Assembly: GCA_963823035.1 (NCBI GenBank)
Contig: CAWGKG010000007.1
Span: 96,001-160,000, forward strand
Direction: 5' to 3'
DNA length: 64,000 nucleotides
From: an uncultured Gemmatimonadales bacterium
GTDB taxonomy: Bacteria; Gemmatimonadota; Gemmatimonadetes; Longimicrobiales; Gaopeijiaceae
The stretch's first letter is position 1. Every line of letters begins with the position of its first letter. Position numbers and translations under genes: made by a program. Below are positions 1 to 10,368 of the stretch, in pieces. The notes below the pieces were generated by a model that was given only the letters and a program-made list of their open reading frames with translations, did no database searches and was not told the origin of the DNA.

Positions 1-1
1 C

Positions 2-1021
2 CGCTGCCTCATCTGCTCGACCCCTTTCGAGCCCAATGAAGAGCTCGAGCATTTCCCGAACGGGAAGCGCATCGCGTTCGACCCGGGTCGGGGACGGCTG
101 TGGGCGATCTGCCGGAGCTGCAAGCGCTGGTCGCTCTTGCCGATCGAGGAGCGATGGGAGGCCCTCGAGGAGCTGGAGAAGATCACGCGCGACCGGGCGC
201 AGCTCCTCTCGCAGACCGACAACATCGCTCTGCTTCGAGCCGGGCCGCTGGAGATCGTGCGCGTCGGGCGCGCCAACCTCTCCGAGGAGGCGTGGTGGCG
301 CTACGGACGGGAGCTGACTACTCGGCGCGAGAAGTACAAGACGCTGTCGCTCGCCGGGACGGTCGCGGCGGGGGCCGTCGTGGTGGGAGGATGGGCCACG
401 GGCGGAATGACGCTTCTCGGCATGTGGCTCGTCATGGGCAACGCATCGAACACCCTCACGGACGGCGCACGCTGGCTGCGCTTCGGATCCGCGGCGTGGC
501 GCGGCTCGCAGGAATGCGTCCGCTGCGGCTACGCCTTCACCTCCCTCTCGTACCGCGACCGCGCGGGATTCGGCCTCTTCCCTGGCGAACGCGAGGGACC
601 TATCGAGCTGGCCTATCGCTGCCCCAACTGTGGGCACTACCGCGACGGCGGGCTGCGCCTCACGGGCGCCGAGGCCGAGCAGGCGCTCCGCCGCACGCTC
701 GCGTACCACCACTTCGCCGGCGCGTCCGAGCGGCGGGTGAGCTCCGCGACCCGCCTCATCCAGGAGGCGGGCTCGCCCCAGGACCTCGCCCGCATCGTCG
801 TGAAGGACGGACGCCGGCTCGGCGACCTGCAGCGGACGGGCGCCGTGGCGCTCGAGATCGCCGCCAACGAAAACGCCGAGCAACACCTTCTCGAGCTCGA
901 GCTGGCGGAGCTGGAAGCCCACTGGCGCCGTGAGGAGGAGCTCGCGGCGATCGTCGACGGGGAGCTCACGCCGCTCCCACTCCTCGAATCCCTCCGACGC
1001 AAGGTGACGGGACGGGAGTGA
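2..1021 (+). CDS. Hypothetical protein with four CxxC motifs (two putative zinc ribbons), 5'-truncated by the window edge
   Basis: Frame of ORF 137..1021 is open from base 2 (RCLICSTPFEPNEELEHFPNGKRIAFDPGRGRLWAICRSCKRWSLLP...); CLIC, CRSC, CVRC and CPNC motifs, central hydrophobic segment, acidic helical C-terminus. Confidence 0.8.
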   Translation, partial: RCLICSTPFEPNEELEHFPNGKRIAFDPGRGRLWAICRSCKRWSLLPIEERWEALEELEKITRDRAQLLSQTDNIALLRAGPLEIVRVGRANLSEEAWWRYGRELTTRREKYKTLSLAGTVAAGAVVVGGWATGGMTLLGMWLVMGNASNTLTDGARWLRFGSAAWRGSQECVRCGYAFTSLSYRDRAGFGLFPGEREGPIELAYRCPNCGHYRDGGLRLTGAEAEQALRRTLAYHHFAGASERRVSSATRLIQEAGSPQDLARIVVKDGRRLGDLQRTGAVALEIAANENAEQHLLELELAELEAHWRREEELAAIVDGELTPLPLLESLRRKVTGRE

Positions 1022-1033
1022 GGACCGGCTGAC

Positions 1034-1959
1034 GTGCGCGCGCCGCACACCTTCCGTCGCCGCAGGGGCGCACGAGCGACCGCGCGTGCGTGCATCGCCG
1101 TCGCCGCGCTCGGCCTCGCGGCGTGCTCGGAAGCACCCCGCGGGGCCGGCCCTCCCCTCGTGGTCGTCACGATCCACCCGGTGGCGGACCTCGTGGCCCG
1201 CGTCGGGGGAGCCGCCATCCGCGTCGAGACGCTCCTGCCGCCGCGCGCTTCGGTGCACACCTGGGCGGCGACGCCCCGCCAGATCCGATCGCTGAGCCGG
1301 GCGGCGGGGTTCGTGACGGTCGGGGGCGGCCTGGACGGCTGGCTCGACGACGTGGGGGGGGCTTCCCCGACCTGCCCCGCCTCCGCATCACGGATGGGAT
1401 CGCCCTGCTGGGGGCGGAACACGGGCACGACGGCGAAACGGGCGACCCGCATGTCTGGCTCGATCCCCTCCTGGTGCGCGACGCGATCCTTCCGCGCCTG
1501 ACGGCGTTCCTGGTCGGGATCGCGCCGGACGACGAGGAGGGCCTTCGTGCGCGCGGCCGCGCCCTGGCCGACTCCCTCACGGTGCTCGACCAGGAGATCC
1601 GACGGACGCTCGCCGGCGCTCCTCGGCGCAGCTTCGTCGCCACGCACGACGCGTGGTCGTACTTTGCGCGGCGCTATGGCCTTCGTTCCCTCGGCAGCCT
1701 CTACGAGAGCCCCGGCCACGAGCCCTCCGCGAGGTCGTTGGCCTCCCTCGTCGACGCGGCCCGCGCGGCGAGGGTGGACGCGGTGCTCACCGAGCCCCAG
1801 ATGGCGGAGACCGCGGCCCGCGCCCTCGCCGGCGAGTTGGCGGTGGACGTCGTGGTCGTGGATCCGCTGGGCGGCCCGGGCATCGAGGGCCGCGAGGGTT
1901 ATCTCGACCTGATGCGCTACGACGCCCGAGCGTTCGCCCGGGCACTGGGGGCCTCTTGA
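1034..1959 (+). CDS. znuA: Zn/Mn ABC transporter substrate-binding lipoprotein (ZnuA/TroA family), one frameshift at the G-run near 1355-1361
   Basis: Lipobox LAAC and VVVTIHPVADLV...SVHTW in frame 1034; HGHDGETGDPHVWLDP, THDAWSYFARRYGL and GHEPS in frame 1090. Confidence 0.85.
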
Positions 1960-2735
1960 GCCGAACTCCGTCGTCTCCTCCCGCCGTGGCCCTCGACCAC
2001 GTGCACGCCTCCTACGACGGCCGTCCGGCGCTCGAGGACGTGAGCTTCGCCGTGCCGGAGGGGACCTTCTGCGCGCTGATCGGGCCCAACGGCGCGGGCA
2101 AGAGCACCTGCCTGCGCCTGGTTCTGGGCCTGGTGCGTCCGGACGCGGGGCGCGTCGAGGTGTTCGGCGGTCGGCCTGGGCGGGAGGTCCGCCCGGTCGG
2201 CTACGTCCCCCAGAAGGTGGTCATCCCGCGTGGCCTGCCGATCTCGGTGCTCGACGTGACCCTGATGGGACGCACCGGCATCCTGGGCCCGGGCAGGCGC
2301 CCCGGCGCGCGCGATCGAGAGCTGGCCTCGCACGCCCTCGACCAGGTCGGCCTCGCCGACTACGCGGGACGGCGCTTCCAGGACCTGTCCGGTGGGCAGC
2401 AGCAGCGCGTGCTGATCGCGCGCGCCCTCTGCGGGGAGCCACGCCTCCTCCTCCTCGACGAGCCGACCGCCGGCCTCGACTCGGCGGCGCACGCCCGCTT
2501 CTACGCGCTGGTGTGCGACCTGCAGCACGCCCAGGGCCTCACCCTCCTCTGCGCCACGCACGACCTGGACGTCGTGGGCGAACATGCCGACGCGCTCATC
2601 CTCCTGGACCGCACCGTACGCGCCCAGGGGCCGCCGGCGGACGTGTTGACCAGCGGAGCCCTGGGGAGGGCCTATCCCTTCCCCGCCCCGCACGTGCACC
2701 AGGGCGCCGTGGAGCGTATGGGAGACGGCGCGTGA
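1956..2735 (+). CDS. znuC: Metal ABC transporter ATP-binding protein
   Basis: Walker A GPNGAGKS, signature LSGGQQQRV, Walker B LLLLDEPT; TTG start overlaps the upstream stop. Confidence 0.9.
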   Translation: MSRTPSSPPAVALDHVHASYDGRPALEDVSFAVPEGTFCALIGPNGAGKSTCLRLVLGLVRPDAGRVEVFGGRPGREVRPVGYVPQKVVIPRGLPISVLDVTLMGRTGILGPGRRPGARDRELASHALDQVGLADYAGRRFQDLSGGQQQRVLIARALCGEPRLLLLDEPTAGLDSAAHARFYALVCDLQHAQGLTLLCATHDLDVVGEHADALILLDRTVRAQGPPADVLTSGALGRAYPFPAPHVHQGAVERMGDGA

Positions 2736-3532
2736 GCGACTTCCTCGCGTACGGCTTCGTGCAGCGCGCGCTGGTCACGGGGCTGATCCTCGCCGTGACC
2801 TGCGCGGTCCTCTCCTTCTTCGTCGTGCTGCGCCGCATGGCGTTCGTGGGCGTGGGGCTCTCCCACGCCGCGCTGGGCGGGGTGGCCCTCGGCGTGGTGC
2901 TCGGCGTGCCGCCGCTCCTCGCCGCCGCGGTGTTCACGACCGGCGTGGCGTGGATCATCGGGTGGCTGCGTGGCCGTAGCGAGGTGTCGGAGGACACGGC
3001 GATCGGCGTCTTCTTCCCCACGGCCATGGCGCTGGGCGTCGTGCTCATCAGCGTGTCGCCCGCGTACCGCCAGGACCTCATGGCCTACCTCTTCGGAGAC
3101 ATCCTCTCGGTGCGCCCGGGCGAGGTCCTGCCGCTGGGCGCCCTGGCCCTGGTGGGGCTCGGCCTGGTCGCCTACTGGTTCAAGGAGCTGCTCTACCTGG
3201 GCGTCGACGAGGAAGCGGCGCGGGCGGCGGGCGTGCCCGCCGTGTTCCTGCGCTTCCTCCTCCTCACGCTCCTGGCCGTGACGATCGTCGCGTCGGTCCG
3301 GCTCGTCGGCATCGTGCTCGTCTCGGCCTTCCTGGTCATTCCGGCCGCCACGGGCCAGGCGGTCGCGCGCTCGCTTCGCGGGATGCTCGTCGTGGCGGTC
3401 GTGTCGGCGATGCTCTCGGTGGTTCTCGGCCTCGCGCTGTCGTGGAGCCAGGACCTCCCGTCCGGCGCCGCCATCGTGCTCGTGTCGGCCGCGCTCTTCT
3501 TCGTCGCCCTCGCAGTGGGCCGGCGCCGCTAG
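2732..3532 (+). CDS. znuB: Metal ABC transporter permease (ZnuB/ABC-3 family)
   Basis: FVVLRRMAFVGVGLSHAALGG, YLFGDIL, multiple TM helices; GTGA overlap with the ATPase gene. Confidence 0.9.
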   Translation: MSDFLAYGFVQRALVTGLILAVTCAVLSFFVVLRRMAFVGVGLSHAALGGVALGVVLGVPPLLAAAVFTTGVAWIIGWLRGRSEVSEDTAIGVFFPTAMALGVVLISVSPAYRQDLMAYLFGDILSVRPGEVLPLGALALVGLGLVAYWFKELLYLGVDEEAARAAGVPAVFLRFLLLTLLAVTIVASVRLVGIVLVSAFLVIPAATGQAVARSLRGMLVVAVVSAMLSVVLGLALSWSQDLPSGAAIVLVSAALFFVALAVGRRR

Positions 3533-3571
3533 ACGGCTGTTGAAGACACCCCACCCGGCGAGGCCCCTCCC

Positions 3572-6247
3572 TCACTCGGAACTCAGCGCCCGCACGGGAT
3601 CCATCCGCGCCGCGCGCCTGGCGGGCACCCACACGGCCAGGGTGGACACGGCGACCAGGAGGACTGGAACGACCAGGAAGGTCACGGGATCCAGCGGATG
3701 CACCTCGAAGAGGAGGGACGTCAGCAGTCGGCTTCCGGCCGCCCCCGCCGCCGCGCCCGCCAGGAGTCCCAGCGCCACGGGCGCCAGCCCCTGACGGAGC
3801 ACGAGCACCGTGATCCCGCCCCGGTCCGCCCCCAGCGCGAGGCGCACGCCGACCTCGCGCGTCCGCCGGCTCACCGCGAAGGCGGTGACCCCGTACGTGC
3901 CCACCGCACCGAGCCCGAGCGCGAGGGCGGCGAAGATGCCGAGGAGGAGGAGGACGAGGCGTCGCTCTCCCGTGTACGCCCCCGTGAGGGCGGTCGCGCT
4001 GGCGAGGCCGTAGACCGGCGCGTCGGCGTCGACATCCCCCACGACCTTGCGCACGAGCGGCGGAAGGGCCGGCGTCGCCCCGTCCGTGCGCAACACCGCG
4101 AGGAGGCGGGAGCCGGGGAACCCCGGCCCTCCCTGGGCAAGCGGGCGGAAGAGCACCGGATCGGGGCCGCGGGTCGGCCCGCGGTTACGCGTGTCGGCGA
4201 CGACGCCCACCACCCTCACCCACCGCCAGTCGTCCCCGACGCGCCCGTCGAGGCCCGTGTTGATGCGCCGGCCCAGAGGGTCCTCCCCGCCGAAGGCCGC
4301 GCGGGCCAGCGACGCGCTGACGATCGCCACGGGCTCGGCGCCCGAGCCGTCCTCCGGACCGAACATCCGCCCGGCCAGCAGCCGGATGCCCGCGACGTCG
4401 AAGTAGCCGGGGGAGACCACCTGCCAGCGCACGTCCACGCGGGTACGGTTCGCGGTTTCCGGGACCCCCTCGATGCGGAGCCCCGCACCCGCACCCGCCC
4501 CGAGCGGGCTCGCCTGCGTCCACGCCACGCCGCGCACGCCGGGGAGCGCCGCGAGGCGATCTCCGACCGAGCCGTAGAAGCCCACCCGCTCGTCCATGGA
4601 CAGGTCCCCGGCGCCGGGAAGGCCGACCCACGCGACGGTCAGCGCCTCCGCGTCGAAGCCGAGGTCGACGGAAGCGATCTTGGCGACGCTTCGCAGGAGC
4701 AGGCCGGCGCCGAGGACGAGCACGACGGCCATCGCGACCTCGATGGCCACGAGGGCGTCGCCGAGGCGGCGCCCCTTCCCCGACGTGGTGGCCCCCCGTG
4801 CCACCCGGGCTGCCCCACCCGCGCGAGCCGCCGCGCGTGCGGGGAACCCGCCGAACAGCAGCACGGTGACGAGCGCGGCGAGGGCGGCGAACACCAGCAC
4901 GGCACCGTCCACACCGATCTCGCTGCCGCGCGGAAGCGCCGCGGCCAGCGTGGGGCGGAGGAGCCGCAGGCCGCCCGCGCCCGCCGCCGCGCCCACGACG
5001 GCACCGGCGGCTGCCAGGACGAACGACTCGGCGAGCACGTGCCCGACGATCCTCATGCGGCCGGCCCCCAGGGCGATGCGCACGCCGACCTCGGCATGCC
5101 GCGCGACCCCACGCGCCAGGAGGAGGTTGGCCACGTTGGTGCACGCGACCAGCAGGACGAGGCCGGTGGCACCGAGAAGCAGCCAGAGGGTGCGTCCGGT
5201 GTCTCCGAGCGTCTCCTCCTTCAGGGGCACGAGCCGGATGCGCAGCCCCTCGTTCGGCAACGGGTAGTCCGCCGCGAGCCGCGCGGCGAGCGCGTCCATC
5301 TCCGCGGAGGCACCGGCGAGGTCCACCCCGGGCGCCAGGCGGCCCACCACCTCGTGGTACCAAGCGTCACGCAGGGGCTCCGCAGGGGACGTGGAGAGGA
5401 ACCGGCTTCCCGGCACGTCGCGCGGAGCGGCTACCCAGAAGTCGGCATCGGCGGGGAAGCGGAAGGTAGGAGGCATCACGCCGAGGATCTCGTACGCCAC
5501 GCCGTCGACCCGGAGGGAACGACCCACCACCGTCGGGTCGGCTCCGTAACGCCGACGCCAGAGGCCGTCGGAGAGCACGGCGCGGTCGACGCCCGCGTCC
5601 ACGGGATCCGGACCGAAGGCGGAGCCGAGCGCGGGGTCCACCCCCAGCGTGCGGAAGAAGTTGGCCGAAACCGATGCGTAGCCAACCGATTCGGGCTCCC
5701 CCTCACCCGTCAGATTGCCCGACGTCTCGTGATACGCGGTGAGCGCCTCGAAGCTCTCGGCGTCGCGTCGCAGGTCGAGGTAGTCCGCCGGGGACGGATC
5801 GCGCGTCGGTCGCCGGGGGTCGGACTCCCAGACCTGCACCAGCCGGTCCGGCTCCGCGAAGGGCAGCGGGCGCAGCACAACGGCGTTCATCACGGAGAAG
5901 AGCGCCGCGTTGGCGCCGACGCCGAGACCCAGGGTGAGCACCGCGACGGACGTGAACCCCGGGCGCTTACGGAGCGCGCGCGCCCCGAATCGCAGCTCCT
6001 GCACCGCCGCCCGGAGCGCGGTCCCGAGTGTGGTGCGCACGCGCCGCCGCCGCTGGATGCGCACGCAGGCCCGACGTACGCCCTCCACGTCGCCGAAGGC
6101 CTCCTCCGCCGCGCGGCGCGCGGCCGCCGGGTCCATGCCGCCCTCCTCGAGCTCACGCGCCCGCCGGCGGAGGTAATCCTCCACCTCGTCGTCCACGTCG
6201 CGGCGGGGGTCGTCGCGGCCGGGCAGCCCCTCGCCCCGCGGGCTCAC
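3572..6247 (-). CDS. Duplicated MacB/FtsX-type ABC permease (ADOP-like) with N-terminal permease-prefix domain
   Basis: DVDDEVEDYL...AFGDVE prefix, LRKRPGFTSVAVLTLGLGVGAN, LVLLVACTNVANLLLARG, RRTREVGVRLALGA, PARRAARMDP; 891 aa. Confidence 0.9.
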   Translation of the reverse strand: MSPRGEGLPGRDDPRRDVDDEVEDYLRRRARELEEGGMDPAAARRAAEEAFGDVEGVRRACVRIQRRRRVRTTLGTALRAAVQELRFGARALRKRPGFTSVAVLTLGLGVGANAALFSVMNAVVLRPLPFAEPDRLVQVWESDPRRPTRDPSPADYLDLRRDAESFEALTAYHETSGNLTGEGEPESVGYASVSANFFRTLGVDPALGSAFGPDPVDAGVDRAVLSDGLWRRRYGADPTVVGRSLRVDGVAYEILGVMPPTFRFPADADFWVAAPRDVPGSRFLSTSPAEPLRDAWYHEVVGRLAPGVDLAGASAEMDALAARLAADYPLPNEGLRIRLVPLKEETLGDTGRTLWLLLGATGLVLLVACTNVANLLLARGVARHAEVGVRIALGAGRMRIVGHVLAESFVLAAAGAVVGAAAGAGGLRLLRPTLAAALPRGSEIGVDGAVLVFAALAALVTVLLFGGFPARAAARAGGAARVARGATTSGKGRRLGDALVAIEVAMAVVLVLGAGLLLRSVAKIASVDLGFDAEALTVAWVGLPGAGDLSMDERVGFYGSVGDRLAALPGVRGVAWTQASPLGAGAGAGLRIEGVPETANRTRVDVRWQVVSPGYFDVAGIRLLAGRMFGPEDGSGAEPVAIVSASLARAAFGGEDPLGRRINTGLDGRVGDDWRWVRVVGVVADTRNRGPTRGPDPVLFRPLAQGGPGFPGSRLLAVLRTDGATPALPPLVRKVVGDVDADAPVYGLASATALTGAYTGERRLVLLLLGIFAALALGLGAVGTYGVTAFAVSRRTREVGVRLALGADRGGITVLVLRQGLAPVALGLLAGAAAGAAGSRLLTSLLFEVHPLDPVTFLVVPVLLVAVSTLAVWVPARRAARMDPVRALSSE

Positions 6248-6600
6248 GCGTCACCTCCGAGGTCGTTGCGCGGGGCGCCGGGACCGAGGACGCCGAGCAC
6301 CGCGCCGTTCAGGCGGTGCCAGCCCTCCAGCTCGGCGCGAAGGTGGGTTCGCCCCCTCCGCGTCAACGCGTAGTACCTGGCCCGCCGCCCGGACTCGCTA
6401 CGGGCCCAGGACGCCTCCAACAGCCCGCGCTCCTCGAGCCGGTGCAAGGCAGGGTAGAGCACGCCCTCGGCTACGTCGAGGATCCCGTCGCTCCCCTCCC
6501 GGAGCCCCTTCCCGACCCCGTACGCGTGCTGCGCGCCGTGCTCCAGCGTGCGGAGGATCAGGAGATCGAGCGTCCCCGTGAACAGGTCGCTGCCGCCCAT
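6244..6600 (-). CDS. PadR family transcriptional regulator
   Basis: GTLDLLILRTL, HAYGV, EGVLYPALHRLE, RRARYYALTRRG; ATG at 6600; overlaps the permease start. Confidence 0.9.
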   Translation of the reverse strand: MGGSDLFTGTLDLLILRTLEHGAQHAYGVGKGLREGSDGILDVAEGVLYPALHRLEERGLLEASWARSESGRRARYYALTRRGRTHLRAELEGWHRLNGAVLGVLGPGAPRNDLGGDA

Positions 6601-6654
6601 GCCACCCCCTCGTTCGAGTCCCCACCCCGGCCGCCCGGGGTTCTGGACGTGCGA

Positions 6655-6677
6655 CAACCCTAGTTCGCATAGGGTTG
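6655..6677. promoter_or_regulatory. Inverted repeat upstream of padR, candidate PadR operator
   Basis: CAACCCTA-GTTCGCA-TAGGGTTG, perfect 8-bp arms, 55 bp upstream of the padR ATG. Confidence 0.5.
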
Positions 6678-6708
6678 CACACGGGGATGCAGGAGAGGCC
6701 CGGCTGGA

Positions 6709-8516
6709 CTAGTAGTCCACCGGGCGGAGGTAGAACTCGCCGATCGCGCTCGACGACAGCACGGCCACCGTGGGGAGCTCGCGCTTCCAGTGCGTGGCCT
6801 GCAGGCGACGCCACACCAGCTCGACGCGTTCTCTTGGGAATCCCGCGCGTACCAGCGACTCCACGTCGTACCCGTGCAGGAGCCCGTTCAGGATCGGGTC
6901 CGCGTCGTGGTAGGAGATGCCGAGCTCGTCCTCGTCGCTCACGCCCTTCACCAGGTCGGCGGTGGCAGGCTTCTCCACGATCACGTCGGGCACGCCGAGG
7001 TGCCTCGCCAGCGCCCACACCTGCGTCTTGAAGAGGTCGCCAAGGGGGTTGATGGGCGGCGAGTCGTCGGCGTGCCACGTGAAGTACCCGAGGAGCCGCT
7101 CGCTCTTGTTGCCGGTCCCCAGGGGCAGCGCACCCAGGCGCGCCGACTGGTCGAAGAGGATCACGGCCCGCAGGCGCGCCATCAGGTTGCCCCGCCGCAG
7201 GGGCGAGATGTCCGGCTCGTGCTCCTCGACGTAGCGGTCGATGGGCGCGGTGATGTCGACCGTGCGCCCCTGGGCGCCCGTCGCGTCGAGGACGATCTGG
7301 GCGTGCTCGAGGCTCTCTTCGCTGGACGTACGGTAGGGGAGCCGGAAGCCGTGGACGTTGTCGGGCCCGAGCGCCCGGCAGGCGAGGTAGAGCGAGACGG
7401 CCGAGTCCACGCCGCCCGAGACGCCGACCACCACCTTGTGGAAGCCGCGGCGACCGGTGACCTCCTCACGGATGAAGGCGACCAGCGAGCGCTCGACGAG
7501 CTCCAGGTCGAGGTCGAGCGTGCCCGGATCCTGCAGGCCGGCGTCGGCGACCGCGTCGACACGCCCCATCAGGGTGGGGGGTGTCTCGACCGGGGGGTTC
7601 GCGTTCCGCGGGCTCCTCCCCACCCTCGCGCTCCGGACGGTCCTGCGTCGCCTCGAGCGCACGCCTGAGGTGGGGCAGCATCTGCTCGAGGTCCGCGAGC
7701 AGCGGCGCCTCGACGCGAGCACGGTCGATAGCGGTCGGGTCCAGCACGACGTGCGTCACGCCCTCCTCCATGAGCGGCCCGCGCGCCAGGACCTGTCCTC
7801 CGGGTCCGACGGCCAGCGAGCCGCCCGGGAAGAGCTTTCCGCCTTCGGAGCCGACGAGCTGGGCCGCGACCACGAAGATCCCGTGCTCCACCGCCGCACC
7901 GCACGCCAACCGATCCCAGCGTTCCAGGTTGCCGGGACGCCCGCCGCCGCCCGCGGCGAAGTCACGGGCGGGCGACGCGCTCACCACGATCACGAGCTCG
8001 GCGCCGCCCAGCGCGAGCACGGTCGCTGGGAGCGAGTGCCACATGTCCTCGCAGATCAACAGCCCCATCCTGCCGAACCGGGTGTCGAACGGGCGGACCT
8101 CGGTGCCCGGCTCCACGAAGCGGGCCTCGTCGAAGACGCCGTACGTCGGGAGGAACATCTTCCGGTGGACGTGCCGCGGCTGCCAGGCTCCGCCCTCCGG
8201 CGTGAGATAGGCGGCGGAGTTGTACAGCCGCCGACGCCAGCGCTCGTAGAAGCCGAGGGCGACGTCGGGGGCGCTCCGGAGGTGGCGGCCCGAGCAGCTC
8301 GGCCAGTCGCTCCGAGGACAGAGCGGCCTCGGCCACGCCGCCTTCGAGGAAGTACCCGGAGAGCGACGCCTCGGGGAAGACCACGAGATCGGCGTGCGTC
8401 GCCTGCTCCGCGACGAGCGCGCGCACGGCCTCGATGTTGCCGGGCACATCCGTCTTGCGCGGCTTGAACTGCGCGAGTGCGACGCGAAGGGGCGAGCGAG
8501 CCTCTCCTTGATTCAT
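6709..8516 (-). CDS. nadE: Glutamine-dependent NAD+ synthetase (CN-hydrolase plus NAD synthase, probably fused), two apparent frameshifts (~8270, ~7595)
   Basis: Nitrilase triad FPEA / HRKMFLP / ICEDMW; synthase SGGVDSAV, GNLMARLR, GTGNKSE, INPLGDLFKTQV; both breaks fall in G-runs. Confidence 0.85.
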
Positions 8517-8683
8517 CGCGTGGGCACCGATTAGGGTGGAAAATGGCCCGGTAACGCCTCGGGCTCCGGAAAGGTACGTATTCCACACTCGGCCGTGCAG
8601 GCCGCGCCTCCTGACGGAACGCACGTCCATGCGGAGGTGTTAAGAGGCAAGATCTCCACTCCCGCCGACGCCGAGGGCGCCGC

Positions 8684-10309
8684 ATGAGACGCAGCACCGT
8701 AGTGACGATCCTGGCGCTGGCCTGCACCGCGCCCCTTCAGGCGCAGGACCGCGTGGCCCGGCGTCCCGCCGACACGAACCTGCTCCCCGAGGCCGACGTG
8801 TTCATGAGCACGATGGACGCGCTCTCGCGGATGAGCCTCAAGGCCCACACGGACTCGGCGCTCTGGGAGGCGGGGATCCAGGGGATGATCGAGTCCCTCC
8901 AGGATCCGTACGCGGAGGTCTTCACGCCGGACGAGTCGCAGGCGTGGGAGGAGGAGACCACCGGCAACTACTCCGGCATCGGGCTTCAGATCACGCTCCT
9001 GAACGAAGAGGTGACGGTCACCGCCGTCTTTCGCGGCACGCCCGCCAACGACGTGGGGTTGCAGGTCGGCGACGTGATCGTCGGCGTGAACGAGCACGAC
9101 GCCTCGCACTGGGACACCGACATGGCCGCCGACTCGATCCGCGGCCCGGTCGGCACCTCCGTGACCGTGCTCATCAAGCGCGACGGCATCGACACCCCGA
9201 TCCCGTTCGACATCACGCGCGCGCAGGTGCACGTCCCGGCGGTGGCCTACGGCGTGATGGAGGGCGACATCGGCTACGTGGTCCTCGACCGCGTCGCGCG
9301 CAACGCGGCCCAGGAAATGGACCAGGCCCTGCGCCAGCTCGGCACCCACCGCGGGCTGATCATCGACCTGCGCCGGAACCCGGGCGGCTTCCTCGACGAG
9401 TCGCTCATGCTGGCCGACATCTTCCTGAAGCCGGGCTCCACGCTCGCGACCACCTCGCAGCGCGTCCCAGGCGGAGCGTCCCGGGAGACCACGACCGAGA
9501 CCTTCCAGGACCAGTTTCCGGCGCGCGTTCCCGACCTCCCGGTCGTGATCCTCGTGGACCGCTACACGGCGTCCGGCGCCGAGATCTTCGCGGGCGCCCT
9601 CCAGGACTACGACCGCGCGCTCATCCTCGGCGAGCGCAGCTTCGGCAAGGGGCTGGTGCAGACGGTCATGACGCTGCCCCACGGACGGCGCCTGCGCTTC
9701 ACGACGGGCGAATGGCGCACCCCGCTCGGCCGGTCGCTGCACCGCCCGCGCGACATGGAGATGCGCCCGCTCCCGGAGGACCTGGACACCTTCCCGAAGG
9801 TGGCGACCCCGGCGGGACGCGAGCTGTTGAACGGTGGGGGGATCTTCCCGGACGTGGCGATCCCCGACGACACCCTGACGATCGCCGAGCGCGACCTCCT
9901 GCGGGTCGCGAGCGAGAAGGACGTGCCGCTCGGCGTGCACCTCGCCGAGTTCTCCTTCGGCATCGCCAAGGAGCTGAAGGACGCGGGCGAGCCGCCGCGG
10001 CTCGACCAGGACCGCTTCGACGGCTTCGTGGCGTCGCTCGTCTCGGACGGACTGCCGCGCGAGGCGGTCGACGCTCCCGGCGTGAAGGAGTACCTCGCCT
10101 GGCGGACCAAGATGACGATCGCGGCCCGCATGGACGCGATCGGGCCGGAGGCCGACTTCCGCATGGAGCGTGACCCCGTGCTGCGGGAGGCCGTGGACCT
10201 GCTCTCCAACGCGCGCTCGCAGAGCGAGCTCTTCGCCGCCGGGCACGCCGAGGCCGCGCGCCGCGGCGCCGTGCCGGTGCCGGCAAACGGGGCGACGGGA
10301 AGCCACTGA
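8684..10309 (+). CDS. ctpA: S41 family carboxy-terminal processing protease (PDZ plus peptidase), with signal peptide
   Basis: YSGIGLQI, IIDLRRNPGG, TASGAEIFAGALQD, GERSFGKGLVQ. Confidence 0.9.
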   Translation: MRRSTVVTILALACTAPLQAQDRVARRPADTNLLPEADVFMSTMDALSRMSLKAHTDSALWEAGIQGMIESLQDPYAEVFTPDESQAWEEETTGNYSGIGLQITLLNEEVTVTAVFRGTPANDVGLQVGDVIVGVNEHDASHWDTDMAADSIRGPVGTSVTVLIKRDGIDTPIPFDITRAQVHVPAVAYGVMEGDIGYVVLDRVARNAAQEMDQALRQLGTHRGLIIDLRRNPGGFLDESLMLADIFLKPGSTLATTSQRVPGGASRETTTETFQDQFPARVPDLPVVILVDRYTASGAEIFAGALQDYDRALILGERSFGKGLVQTVMTLPHGRRLRFTTGEWRTPLGRSLHRPRDMEMRPLPEDLDTFPKVATPAGRELLNGGGIFPDVAIPDDTLTIAERDLLRVASEKDVPLGVHLAEFSFGIAKELKDAGEPPRLDQDRFDGFVASLVSDGLPREAVDAPGVKEYLAWRTKMTIAARMDAIGPEADFRMERDPVLREAVDLLSNARSQSELFAAGHAEAARRGAVPVPANGATGSH

Positions 10310-10334
10310 CGGGCCACCCGTCCAACGACGAAGC

Positions 10335-10366
10335 GAGCGGGGCGGCCGTCCACGGCCGCCCCGCTC
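10335..10366. terminator. GC-rich hairpin between convergent ctpA and xerD
   Basis: GAGCGGGGCGGCCGT-CC-ACGGCCGCCCCGCTC inverted repeat. Confidence 0.6.
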
Positions 10367-10368
10367 TC

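Noticed and set aside
3698..6373. Long antisense or alternative-frame ORFs (e.g. 3698..6373, 11276..13780, 28233..31280, 36070..37986)
   Set aside because: Shadow ORFs of real genes caused by high-GC codon bias; Arg/Gly/Pro-rich with no domain motifs
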